A stretch of DNA of 34,306 nt. It comes from Catajapyx aquilonaris. Lineage: Eukaryota. Under the pieces are notes generated by a model. That model did not search any database, was not told the DNA's origin, and saw only the letters and a program-made list of their open reading frames with translations. Positions within the stretch are counted from its first letter, which is position 1, and each line of letters begins with the position of its first letter. This document shows, in pieces, positions 1-11,945 of the stretch. The position numbers and the translations under genes were made by a program. Location of the stretch: NCBI GenBank assembly GCA_000934665.2, contig JYFJ02004150.1:1-34306 (forward strand). Reading direction: 5' to 3'.

Positions 1-99
1 ATGTGTCTATTTGCGGTAAAGAAATTTTTCTAGAGACGGGCGGGGGGGGGGGGGCGCCGGTAGAGCTTCTTGCCAAGGGCGCCAGGTAACCTAGGTACC

Positions 100-228
100 C
101 CTGCACCATAACTCTGTATATAGGTTTCATTTGAACTGTAACTTTATGATCCGTCGGGATATGATTAGTGGTCAGTTATTTATTATTATTCACGAATCAC
201 TGCAGGAAGTAGTGGCGAGAAGAGTGTA
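100..228. repeat. Dispersed direct repeat, copy 1 (~130 bp; partner at 5000-5136)
   Basis: cctgcaccataactctgtata...ttgaactgtaactttatgat...gattagtggtcagttatttattattattcacgaatcactgcagga...agaagagtgta recurs with small indels at 5000-5136. Confidence 0.9.
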
Positions 229-845
229 TAGGTACAGTATAGGCTACATCATATTTATAGGTCTATATACTTTGCTAATAACTTGTGATTGAGGTTCCTT
301 TGGATCAGCTACTTCTGCAGGCGAGGGGATGGAAGTTCTGTCCGTCAACTGTCTGACCAAATGACTCTCATGAATGACTGCCTTCCATCCGGCTTCAGCT
401 TGTATAATGGCAGGTTAGACCAGATTCACTTCAGGCTATGTCGGTGGTAGGCAGCCCCTTTCCTCAAATTAGCTCTGCGCTCGAATGTCTTCATAATTAT
501 GTTAGCCTATGCTTGTGTGAATGTCCACGTATGCCTCTGCAATCACATTGGTCCAGAGGCAATAGTTTCTAATATTTAACGAAAGGCTTTTGGGAGGCAG
601 TTATGTACAGTAGGTTTTTTCCATTCAGGGGAGCCCCTTCTTATATTGCATAGATCCCCACGATAACTTACACCGCAGGGATAGCTTTATAGCAGTAAAT
701 AGCCTTCATATAATATTATATTACAGTCGTACCTACAAAATGCAGTATAATCAATACTCGTAGTAATCCAGCACTTTTCATAAGCAGGCAGTGTTACATG
801 CAAAGGATATGACTTATATTGCTATTGCCAAAGTTGTAGGGAAAG

Positions 846-1050
846 TGTGTATTGTGCGTGTATGTATTGTGTATTAAGTATTGTGTATTAAGTATTGTGT
901 ATTAAGTATGTATTGTGTGTGTATTGTGTAAGTATGTATTGTGTGTGTATTGTGTGTGTGTATTGTGTATTAAGTATTGTGTATTAAGTATTGTGTATTA
1001 AGTATGTATTGTGTGTGTATTGTGCGTGTGTTTGTGTATCTGTATGTATT
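846..1050. repeat. Degenerate low-complexity tandem repeat (GTATTGTGTATTAA / GT-rich units)
   Basis: Repeated gtattgtgtattaa and gtattgtgtgt units seen directly. Confidence 0.85.
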
Positions 1051-3052
1051 CATGTCATCCTTTTCATTATCATCCTATTCATTATATCCTCTGCGTGGCC
1101 TGACCAGTCACCAGAGGATTCATTATACTGGTCGTTCGAGATGGCCAGGTGGACTGTTCCTACCTGGTCATCGCTGGTAACCCCATCTTGATGGGAATAT
1201 GCCGTGAAGGAAATGTATGTATGTATGTATGTAGGGAAAGTAAATGATACTCTTTCTAATCAGCAGTAGTGAATGTGGCACCGGCCTCCTTCCAGAAATG
1301 CGCAAAGGCCTACACAAGTAATAGTGATGTATATAGCTGCTTCCGGCTGCTTCGTATAGTGACAGGGTCACCCAAGTCGGAGCAGGTCTTATCAATTTTG
1401 GTGGTCTGAGGAGGAGGAATTCCCGTGTCTCTTCTCGCTTCTCTCTCTCAATCTTCCCCAGCACCTTTGTATCTCCAGCTTGCGGTATGTATAGCTGTTT
1501 GGCTCCTTCCCAGTCAGTTCATCTCTATATCTATCCTGTAGAATTAGTGCGTATATATCAAACACTCATCCGCCTGCGCCAGTCGAGGACGAGGCTGGCG
1601 CATATAATATTGAAGCCTCAGAGTATAGGTGTAGTTGAAGCAATGCGGCTTCTGATATACTTTTGTTCGAGCTTGCTGATGTTCTTCAAAGTCAGGGTCG
1701 GTGACTCTCCTTCATCCACCTTGCTTGTCGCATGCGCTGCATACTATATATACATCTTCCCAGAAAAGTAGTGTTTATTCATGTGTTCAGTATCTCCTCC
1801 TTGGCTACCTAACATAAAACCCATCGATAAAACCTCTGTTGATACAGTATAACAAATCGAGTAGTTGTGGCTATTTGAATATTATTATGCTGGTCATAAT
1901 GCAGCAGCTTTTCCCGGAAAGCGACGACAATGGACAGGAGATGCCACGGCTTAGGCCAGGTTGGACCCTGCTAAGATGAATGTCACTCTTGATGGCTGTA
2001 ACTTATATACGTGTAGTGTGACGTGCACTTTAGATGTTTGATTAGTCGGACGGTGGTGACTGCGAAATATGGCAAGACCGATCAAGACCCAGCACGATAT
2101 GTACTGTAGTTAGTCGACGCTCGAAATGCATGGTCCTTTATTCATATTTACCCGAAACAGTTCGTAGTTCTGATGCGTGGGATATGATCAGTCGTATACC
2201 TGATTCGCATATATATACTCGGCTCGAGTTTCCAACGCGTTCTCTGTAATGCAGTTTTATCTCTGATGCTCAACCACGAGTATTGCATTTCTATAGTGTG
2301 GTCATTTCCAATAATTTATTGCTGCTAAAAAGGTTCTGTACTCCGCATAAAAACATTCGAGTTATTGGTCCACAGACATGGATGGTTTTCCCTCTGATTG
2401 GACCATCAATAGATTTCCACCATCATATTGACCTCTACTTGATAGGCCTACATTGCCTGCTGGTCCAGATTATTATTTTTTGACTTGTATTATAGGCAGT
2501 GGGCATTCCTGCACAAAAAATATTGAATATTCCTCGCCGGAAAACTTCTTCTGCGGAGGCGAGCTAAGAGTGAGTAATAATATTTGTGCCGGTTTTCGGT
2601 CAGTCGGGGTGAGGGGTATAGCCGGGTATGCCTGGTTGCTGGTTGAGGGGTATAGTATGAATAGGACGCCGTGACTCTTAAGCAGTTTATATCATGTATT
2701 ACGTAATTAAAAGCTGGATTGTTGAGTCGTGCTTCTTACTATGAAAAGTGTAACTTTTTATATCAGCAGATGCAGCATAGATAAGAGGCTGTCGCTTTTG
2801 AGCTACATAGTGTACGTCTATGCGATGGTAATGTGCTTATTATGCACGAAATCGACAAGAATGAAATGTTAAATAATATGCCATAGGTTACCTCCTGATG
2901 CTCATTAGCAAGGCTAATAATTATTATGATAATAATCGTCGCCGATTTTGTTAAAAACTACTGGCATCTTGGGGAGTCCTCCTCAGCCTGGCCCTCGCAC
3001 CTTTCTTCACTCTGTGAATAGTTGCGGCTCACAGTAGTTGACACCACTGATA

Positions 3053-3134
<82 letters not shown>
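3053..3134. repeat. (AAT)n microsatellite, ~27 units
   Basis: Perfect trinucleotide run; explains the poly-Y and poly-I ORFs in the track. Confidence 0.98.
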
Positions 3135-4999
3135 GGTTGCGAAATGGAAAGCAGCTTCTCTGGTGATATCTGCCGGAATGTTGTGATTATCGAGTGCAAA
3201 TGAGTGTACTGGCAAGACATTGAGCAAGTTGACGGAGCAGGTGGCATTCAGTGGCAGTTATTAGGCGTATTGCCCCCTGTCCATCCAGGGACGATATAGG
3301 GATTCAGGGTGTCTCTCCCCTAATGGAGATTTCTCAGGCTCGGATCGAGGTTCAGCCTGAACCGTTCAGGCACAATATGCCTTTTATTATAATTATTCGA
3401 GAGTTATGTTGCATATAGAGTAAAAGTGTCACCTGCATAGCTTCTCCCTCTTACTCCCGGACATGAATAGCCTTACATGGGCAGGGTGGCATCGGCAATG
3501 AACAGCGATTTCTACGGAAATACCTCATATGCACTATAATAATATGTTTTGTCTGGCCAAAAAGCCCAAGATGACGGGGTAAAATAAAAAATAAATAAAT
3601 AAATGTTAGTCGGAACATATTATATGAGGTGAGTGTGTTGGCCTTCCCGTGTTGCCACAGAGCCAACAATGGGGAAGGTCGATGTTGCAGGGTTCCAAAG
3701 AGGTCATTGAGAAATCTTTGGTTCAGTAGAGGTGTCGGCTCCAATGCGAAAGCTATACATCCACAGTGGCGTTTCATTGAGCCTTGATGCCCTGTGTGCC
3801 GCACGTTTTGGAAAAGAGTATAGGGTGACTAGCCTCTCACCTTTTTGTTCCTGTGCAACCAACTTTTGACTTTTGACGCTCACGACACCACCTAATATTA
3901 CATGAGAAGAGCAAAAAGCAATGCTCACCTCCTGAACATTTGTTTAGCGCGGAGACATTACAGGAAGCGTTGGGATTTTTCTCCCGAAGATATCCCTCTC
4001 TGGTTTAATCAGGCTCAGTACTGGCCCCTTCATATTGTTGTCGAATGACAATAATATTCACGCCACCGTATGTGGATTTCCTGCGAATAAGGCGTGAAGA
4101 GTGTTCAGCATTGCTGGGTTTCCACTGAGCACTGCCTTTTTCTTTTCTTATACGTAGATAAATTATGCACATGTACCGTACTCGTACAGTAACAGTGCCA
4201 CATCATTATTGCCATGATCATAATATTATCAGTAGGAATCCTCGCAGCATCGCGAACTTTCTATTTCTGTCGTGAAACATCTTGAATTCGCAGTGGTTTT
4301 GCGAATCAGTTCCAAACATGCCTGATGGGTTCCACGCACAATATGTATAATATATACTGTGCAAGTCTGAAGCTGATTTGAATGTATAAGAAAGCGGAGC
4401 TTCCGTCATCAGTTTTCCTGAATAGGAACATTAGACTTTCTTTACACTGCTGGGCATGCTTTGCTCACAGAAGGAACCACCACTGCGTCGGTTCTCAATC
4501 ATTATTCATTAATGACGCGGAATTTTACTGGAAAGAGATGATTATATAGCTTTATAGGATTCAGCGTTGTATAGAGTCGCTTGCAGAGTCGGTAAGGTTG
4601 CTGGGGTCAAGACTGGTCCGATGTGCGGCCATCAACAGCAACAATGCAGGAAGGCACTGCAAAAAGGTGGTTGTTTAGTATACTTTAGTACATCCGCATG
4701 GTAGACATGTATAGTAGTTATTACAAAAGTATTAATATTAGTTGGATAAAGTGTGTCGGATGAGCTCACTGCAGATTCGTTATGAACTCTTGCCGAATGA
4801 GTGTGGATGTGGAATCCGCAGCACCTACTGGACAAGAGTGACGCATTAGCATTGCTGGTCCAAGAGAATATTGTCACGGTTCAACAACAAAGAAATGCGG
4901 CTTGCGAGAAGGTGCGCATATAGGCCTACTGGTTATGAGAGTGTGACTGTCTAATATGACATGCATGGAAACAACATTATAGGCCAAATTTAGTGGCAT

Positions 5000-5136
5000 C
5001 CTGCACCATAACTCTGTATAGGCTTCATTTGAACTGTAACTTTATGATCTGTGGGGATATAACTTATGATTAGTGGTCAGTTATTTATTATTATTCACGA
5101 ATCACTGCAGGAAATAGTGCTGGCCAGAAGAGTGTA
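5000..5136. repeat. Dispersed direct repeat, copy 2 (partner at 100-228)
   Basis: Aligns by eye with 100-228. Confidence 0.9.
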
Positions 5137-5875
5137 AGTCGTTCTTTGCGATGGGGCAGGAACAACTCAGATTCGATTTCATTACTATCACACCTTATCT
5201 AACCAGCCGGTCTTTCTATGAAAATATGTTTCAGCACAGATTACTGGCTTGGATGAAGAACCAATGCAATTTTTAAATTATCGGAGCAATCTCAGCAGAA
5301 TTTCATAATGATGTTATACTGTCCATTGTTGTCAATGCGACTTGCGATTGTGCTTGATAAACAACATTTGGTTCCGTTGTTTACCCAATGCAGGCATAAT
5401 ATGACGTCATATAAATGCCTCCGTCTAAGCTTACACTGTAACTCTGTAGGATTTTCAAGTGATGGACAGTATTCTCTCAGGATTGCAAAATGAATGAAAC
5501 ACAAAAAATTATTATTTGTGGTGGATGAACATCAACGTGTACTTCATGGTCTCACTAACATATTATTATGCGTATAATCTTGAATAGTAATGCCCTGTTG
5601 TAATTTTGTAAATAATTCCATATCGATCCCGCCCCAAGTATACAGCTTAGTATTGTACTCTACATTATGCAATTCGGGGTAATTGAGGACAGAACTTGCA
5701 GCAATATAATAAAATGCACAGAATTGGTAAAGACAAATCACCTTTCTTTGGACATTACGACTGGACTGGACCAGTGACGCATAAGCTCCAAAGGTGAAGT
5801 ATACTGAACATTGTCCTCTCCACTGTCTTGTTTGCTTACTTTTACCTAATGAAAGAGTGATGACCAAGGGGTTAA

Positions 5876-6011
5876 CCACTTCGGTACTCCGGTGTACACC
5901 TGCAGTGGTACTCCCAGGTACTCCTTAGGTTCCTTACCCTTTGGTACTCCTTGGTACTCCTTGAATTTGGTACTCCGGTGTACACTGTTCAATCTTGGTT
6001 CAATCGAGTGG
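5876..6011. mobile_element. Short TTAA-flanked MITE (piggyBac-like) with internal GGTACTCC repeats
   Basis: TTAA at 5872-5875 and 6012-6015; termini ccact(t)cg ... cgagtgg are inverted; six GGTACTCC copies inside. TTAA target duplication is the piggyBac signature. Confidence 0.6.
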
Positions 6012-7059
6012 TTAACCCCTTGAGTGAGACATTCATATATGACAATAATTTATTATATCGTTGCATTGGAGGGCGTAAGATTTGTTGATGCCCAGCATCT
6101 GACGGCGGCGTATGATGAAAAGTATGGGGTATACTCGTACATACTCAGATTTTTCCATTCTCAATAATGAGTCAGCTTTCCGTAATTTTAGGGCTGCACC
6201 AATATAACTATCGTGGTATATAGACACACAAGTAGACTACTGGAGAACTTGCTATATCGCGCTCCTGTCTTGGAAGTAGAGAAGGCGCCAAGGATGATAT
6301 CTATTTTTTAAATTATTAGGTGATGTCATCAATCGAGGAGAAATTAGCCCTATACAACTGCCCCACTGTCGGTCGACTATATCCATTGACTAGTTGAAGC
6401 AAGACTTGTGCGAATATATTGCAGTCTTCCACTGTGCGGCGAGGCTTGAAGATTTGGGTGTACACAAATTACCCACCGTATGTGCTTCTGAAGTATATGA
6501 GCCGACGACTTCTGCCACTTTCGTGGCTCTTCAGGCATAAGTCATGACGTAGAAGAACCTATAGGGGTGACACGAACGAGCAAGTAGGCCTAACCATCGC
6601 ATGTGTGACGGTCTGAGGCCTTCTGAATGATAAGATTAGAGCCAAGTATAGCCTATACATATACAGCCTTGTTGAATGATACTTGATGTGACGTGGAGCT
6701 ATAAGATATATGTCTCGAGTTGCGCCTGGTGGCAGTGTTGGGCTTGTTGGTCTTCCTTATACGGCCAGTTCTGGTAATAGTTATAGTTACCATCCCTTCA
6801 GTAGCTGCACGTGGCTTACCACATCAGCACAGTCAAGGTTCATGGAACTTGCCTTGTACCCCACTAGATCTTTCGAGATTGCATCCGCTGGTACCACTTC
6901 CGCCGATTGCTTCCATATGTATAGCTCCGGTATGGTGCCCGCTCCTCGCGTCATTTGAGTTGTGATCCTTCTCTCCCTTTTGCTCTTCTCTGCCCCAACC
7001 TGAAATTAATTCTCGGCGCCATGTCAAATGGGATTTTCAGGAGCCAAGGAAATATTATA

Positions 7060-8702
7060 CAGTGGTGGTCCTATAATATTATATTATTAACTTTTTGTTT
7101 TTTTTGGGCGTAACTTTTTTCACAGTGATCCGATTGTGCTGAACATCTGATGCCTAATGGCATTTAAAAGAGAATATGTAAGTTTTGAAGAATTTCTGAG
7201 ATTCAGGGGGGAAATAAACAACGTTTATGTTAATTTCTTGACACATGTCAAAATTCGACAAAATCTTCAAACAACCATAACATGCTGAAAACTCAACCAA
7301 CTACCACAAAACTTGAGAAGCTAATCCCTCACATCTAGTGCTTGTTGGTCTGGTAACCCTTGAAGTTGATGACAGCCCGAGGCATGGAGGCGACCAACGT
7401 GTCCAGCACCGATCGTGGGATATCTTCTTCTCACCCTATACCTCCAATTGCTTGAACTTATCGGTGGTACTGGATGTTCTATTGTTCTTCGGGTGATGTG
7501 CCAGATCCTCCCATAAGTGCTCGATGTATCGGATTGGGGTCCGGAGATCAGCTTGGCCAGTCCATTATGGCCATCACCCTCGACTGATGGTGCAGACAAT
7601 TATTATTGCGGACGAGCCCCGCGGAGGAGTGCTTTGGGTCGTTGTCATGCTGGTGTATACAGGAGAGATTGGCCAAACACACTCCTTGCATACGGCCACA
7701 TGACGTCTTGGAGGATGTCCCAGCACACTTAGTCATGATATCGACAATCCGGTGCAGGGGAGCGACTCCAAGGGAGCTGTAGTATAGCCCGATCTCAACT
7801 GGATACAAAGACGCGATCTGGTTTGACGAATCGAAGTATCTGATGTTTGGAATTGATGGAATAGCCTGTGTTTGTCATCCCAAAGGTGACCAATTTGATC
7901 TAAAGTGCTAGATGCTGACTGACAAGCAAGGCAGAGGAACCTTGATGGTCTGGGCCTGCTTTCAGCTCCCTTATTGGAGTCGCTCCCCTGCACCGGATTG
8001 TCGGTATCATGACCAAAGAGGTGTGCTGGGACATCCTCCAAGACGTCATGTGGCCGTATGCAAGGAGTGTGTTTGGCCAATCTCTCCTGTATACACCAGC
8101 ATGACAACGACCCAAAGCACTCCTCCGCGGGGCTCGTCCGCAATAATAATTGTCTGCACCATCAGCAGTAGAGAGTGATGGCCATAATGGACTGGCCAAG
8201 CTGATCTCCGGACCCCAATCCGATATATCGAGCACTTATGGGAGGATCTGGCACATCACCTGAAGAACAATAGAACATCCAGTACCACCGATAAGTTCAA
8301 GCAATTGGAGGTATAGGGTGAGAAGAAGATATCCCACGATCGGTGCTGGACACGTTGGTCGCCTCCATGCCTCGCAAATGTATGTCAGGCTGTCATCAAC
8401 TCCAAGGGTTATTACCAGACCAACAAGCACTAGATGTGAGGGATTAGCTTCTCGAGTTTTGTGGTATTTGGTTGAGTTTTCTGCATGTTGTGGTTCTTTG
8501 AATATTTGGTCGAATTTTCACAGTATTTTGTCAAGAAATTAACATAAACGTTGTTTATTTCCCCCCTGAATCTCAGAAATTCTTCAAAACTTACATATCA
8601 GTTAATGCCATTAGGCATCAGATGTTCCAGAGCAATCGGATCACTGTGAAAAAAGTGGCGCCCAAAAAGCAAAAAGTGAATATAATATTAGGACCACCAC
8701 TG
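7060..8702. mobile_element. Foldback (palindromic) non-autonomous Tc1-family element with ~720-740 bp inverted arms and TA target duplication
   Basis: TA|CAGTGGTGGTCCTA at 7058 and TAGGACCACCACTG|TA ending 8704; arms ~7060-7779 and ~7963-8702 are reverse complements; near-identical peptides on opposite strands in the ORF track (7517+ versus 7900-). Confidence 0.93.
7804..8440 (+). pseudogene. Tc1-type DDE transposase catalytic domain, decayed (stops and frameshifts)
   Basis: Translates as IWFDESKY (first D at 7825), KQGRGTLMVWACF, QHDNDPKH (second D at 8103) and DWPS*SPDPNPI/EHLW. These match the Tc1 motifs WSDESKF, HGGGSVMVWGCF, QQDNDPKH and WPSQSPDLNPIEHLW. Confidence 0.9.
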
Positions 8703-8859
8703 TACGTCCTGATCCTGATTGCGTTCGATATCAGTGGACAAGTTCCAAACAAAACCTGGTGGTCAAGGCGACTGTTGTCTGGTAGGGAGGTGGGACAAAC
8801 ATATGTACAAATTCTCTGCTGCTTTATTGTAATAAGGATGTGACGTCGCGATGTGGCCA

Positions 8860-9017
8860 AGGAAAAGTGGGACTTCTCGGCATCATGTATACGATCGTAT
8901 ATTATATAAGCTAATTGAACCTGGTAGCACTCACGAATGGATTCATATCGTCAACCATTGACACTAAGGACACAGAAATTGTGCCTGTCTTTCAGAATAC
9001 AATAACTACAGTACGAT

Positions 9018-9103
<86 letters not shown>

Positions 9104-9750
9104 TCTCATCGCTCTATTTGTCTTACGGGACGTGTATGATGACGTGTATCTTCAGGTTCAGCTGTAATATAATAACCTCTCACAGTCAGTGTAACTATAG
9201 ACTACTATAGAGCATACAAATGCGTGACAACACCTGATTTATGACGGCAAATGATGTGTCCCAGCACGCCCCTTGGCATGAATAATCTGTCACCTAGTTG
9301 TCTTGCAATTAATATTCGCTGTTATCTAGACATTCACTCCTTTACGCTCATGCAGACTTCTTACTAACAAAGCTTAAAGTATATTTTATTAAATCCTATT
9401 TCACCTTCTATTTCGTAACATTGACACTCAACTTGTACACCAACTTGCCAGGTTCGTCCAAATCGCAATAAACTTACTCAGTTTTTCTGATATAATACGA
9501 GTAATTATCGTAAGTTATTATAATGATTGTTTTGTTGTGCTTACGAGCAACAAATTACACGTTTCTACCTTGTTTTATCCCCCGAAGCATTATTCCAGGC
9601 ATATAATAGGCTGCGTATTATGTTGTTTCAATGATTATGTTTATGTGTTTTCCAAGCATAATGTTTTGATAAAATGTAGGAGATGGAGTCCCTTATTGTA
9701 AGTGCCATCTGCACACTGGGTTAATAAACACACATACGTATACATACATA
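8860..9750 (+). mobile_element. Possible heavily decayed 3' fragment of a CR1/L2-group LINE
   Basis: Weak peptide remnants resembling KFLGxxID..LxW (~8865-8930) and YAH..L.KL (~9340-9380), then AATAAA and a (TACA)n tail at ~9723-9750; similarity judged by eye only. Confidence 0.3.
9021..9103. repeat. (AAT)n microsatellite, ~27 units
   Basis: Perfect trinucleotide run. Confidence 0.98.
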
Positions 9751-9859
9751 TTTTATTAAATTTGTCAGATTTTTTAAACCAATAATATACTACGTATTTT
9801 TATCTTAGATTTCAACACATTATTTGACATGCAGCAGTGAAACCATGTGCTTGCAATTC

Positions 9860-11945
9860 TTACAAAAGTCCAGTGTCCATGATTGGTGTATTTGTCTGCA
9901 TTGGCTGATCAGATCGGATCGCAGGTCGGACTGCGCTCTTCCTAATAATTCCCCTATTAATGTGGCTACAACGGTTTTCCACGATGAAGGCAAACACACC
10001 AAGTCCAAGTCCCAACAGTAACATGAGGAATGGCGCCCTCAAATCCTCCAAGGAGAAGACTTGTTCCCGCTGCATCCTCCTGATTTCCTCCTCGTCGTCT
10101 GCCTTTCTTCTCGACTCCCTAGTCGGAAGATGTGTCATGAAAGTGTGTCCGACCAGCCACTTGTGCATCAGATGAGCGTCAAACAAATGGCTCAAATACT
10201 TGATCATGTTGGGCGCGTAGACTTCACCTCGACCGAAAGCAGTTCCAACGTAGCCCTGCATGGAAGTGTCAGGGTGAAAGGTCAACTTGCTCTCACCATT
10301 GCTGTTCACAAACGCGTCTAGCACTTGGGACACAGCGTAACGAGATATTATGCAGGCAGAATCACTCTCGAGGGTGGCGGACAGGCAAGAGGTGGGAGTG
10401 CCAGAGATTGAGGCACTTATAAATATGTCTTTGTACACAGGAATGTCCACGTCATCGTAGTTCAACTTGCTCCACCCGATAAGGTACTCCTCTGCCGGGA
10501 TCCCCCATTTGAACCCTGACCCCACCAGCTCTTCCAGAGTGGTGGGAATGTATTCATCGGGCGGTGTCGTGATGAACTCGACCAGTTTGGTCCTGTATCC
10601 GCAGCAAACCACTGTCGCAAACAACCAGAACACCCCGACTGTGAATCGGTGCAGACAATGGGAAGGTCCGGTCAAAGGTTGCTCCAGAAGGATCCGGAGG
10701 AGGAAGGTCAGGGAGTGGAAAAATGGAGATGGTTTGTTTTGTGAGGAATAAGTGATACGAGTCAAAGAGAGCGCGCAAATCACGGTTGTCACTAAGACAC
10801 TGATCCACATGGACGGTCTGAATGGGTAGATCAAGACTCTCCAAGTCATTACGGGACGAGCTTTACGAGTAATCATCAATGTGTGCGAATACATATATGG
10901 TTGCGACATTTCCAAATTCACGGTATTGTATCCCGTATTCAGAAAAACTGCGCTGAAGTTGACTCTCCTCATAATAATGTCGCCCGCTGCACCTCGCCAC
11001 GATCCGTTCTTATATTTTGTTTTATAATTATTGTTGTACTTTTGGTAAACTAAACACACCTTGCAGTGGAAAGTATCTTCGAGTTGAAGACCAAAGTTTT
11101 TTTCCCATACCTATTGACATGTGTCCCAAGGTGTCCCTCATCTTTCTCTTTTCGTCTAAATCATACGGGAAGTAGCTTCCGACAGTCAGCTTGCTTCCGT
11201 TGAGGTCACGGGTCATGTCCGGGAAGAGTGACCCCGCAGTTACCTTTTCTCCCTCCCTGTGGACGCCCATGTCCACCACGGAAGGGTGTCCCGACTGGCA
11301 GTAAAAGCAGGCCGTGAAGAGACGGGTCAGATGACGTCCCGGGTCACCAGTGGCCACCAGCTTGAACCTTATGCCCGAGAGCGTGATGTCAGAGAGCCAT
11401 CCGAGGTCAGGGGTCGTGTTTGGGGTCATCCAGAAGAGGAAGGGGTCGCGGAGATTCCTCAATCTGACCATTGTTCCCAGGTGGAGGACCAGTTGGGGCA
11501 GGGATCCGGACCAATGGGGAGCCAACACGTTGAAGAAGCATCCAGTCAGTGGTGATGTCAAGGGAGGTGACCCTGAGGGTCGGAGTTCAAAGGGCATCGA
11601 GGAGAAGGTGAGCAGGTCCTCTTGGCTCCTCAGTCCTCGGTGGTCCTTGTAAGAGAACGTCTCGTTTTCCTCCTTGACTGTTGTGACCACCGCCCTGTCT
11701 CCCATCCGATGAATGTCCCCAAGCCAGTCCATGCTGCTGGACACCCTTCGTCCCTCGTCCCAGGCAACCACCAGTGAGCACGAGTCGTTGTCACTCACCA
11801 GCAGTTGCTTCAACAGGTCGACTGTCGGTCCATCTCCGGCATCCTTCTCAACCAAACCGATGTTAATCTTTCCGCAAGTCACTAGCAGCAGTGACAACGT
11901 CAGAAGTAGTAGTTGAATTGGGATGGACTGCATGGTGGGACTCAT
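9860..11945 (-). CDS. Divergent ionotropic receptor (IR, iGluR-related chemosensory receptor); two ORFs joined by a +1 frame change near 11050-11110
   Basis: Signal peptide (LLLLTLSLLLVTCG); FPDMTRDLNGSKLTV at the S1 start; NGSWRGAAGDIIMRRVNF; MSQPY; LIYPFRPSMW followed by TM1; ILLEQ pore region; VFWLFATVVCCGYRTKLVEFITTP (M3); PTTLEELV; FSLEDLRAPFLMLLLGLGLG (M4). Confidence 0.85.

Noticed and set aside
977..1191. Cys/Val/Tyr-rich short ORFs
   Set aside because: They arise from GT-rich low-complexity repeat and show no recognisable domain
1213..2680. Possible decayed retroelement on the minus strand ending in a (TACA)n run
   Set aside because: No diagnostic gag, RT or endonuclease motif could be read with confidence
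2958..3247. ORFs with poly-Tyr and poly-Ile tracts
   Set aside because: Translation artefacts of the (AAT)n microsatellite
5544..5879. ORF with RGQC and Cys-containing segments reminiscent of transposase motifs
   Set aside because: Similarity too weak, and its position relative to the adjacent terminus does not fit a piggyBac C-terminal domain
5883..5985. GGTACTCC repeats as a CRISPR-like array
   Set aside because: Eukaryotic context, 8-bp repeats, irregular and very short spacers, no cas genes
7321..8430. Pairs of near-identical ORFs on opposite strands as duplicated host genes
   Set aside because: They are off-frame or antisense translations of the two arms of the Tc1 foldback
11090..11106. 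AAAAAAC run as a programmed -1 frameshift site in the IR
   Set aside because: The -1 frame hits a stop within about 15 codons; joining the ORFs requires +1
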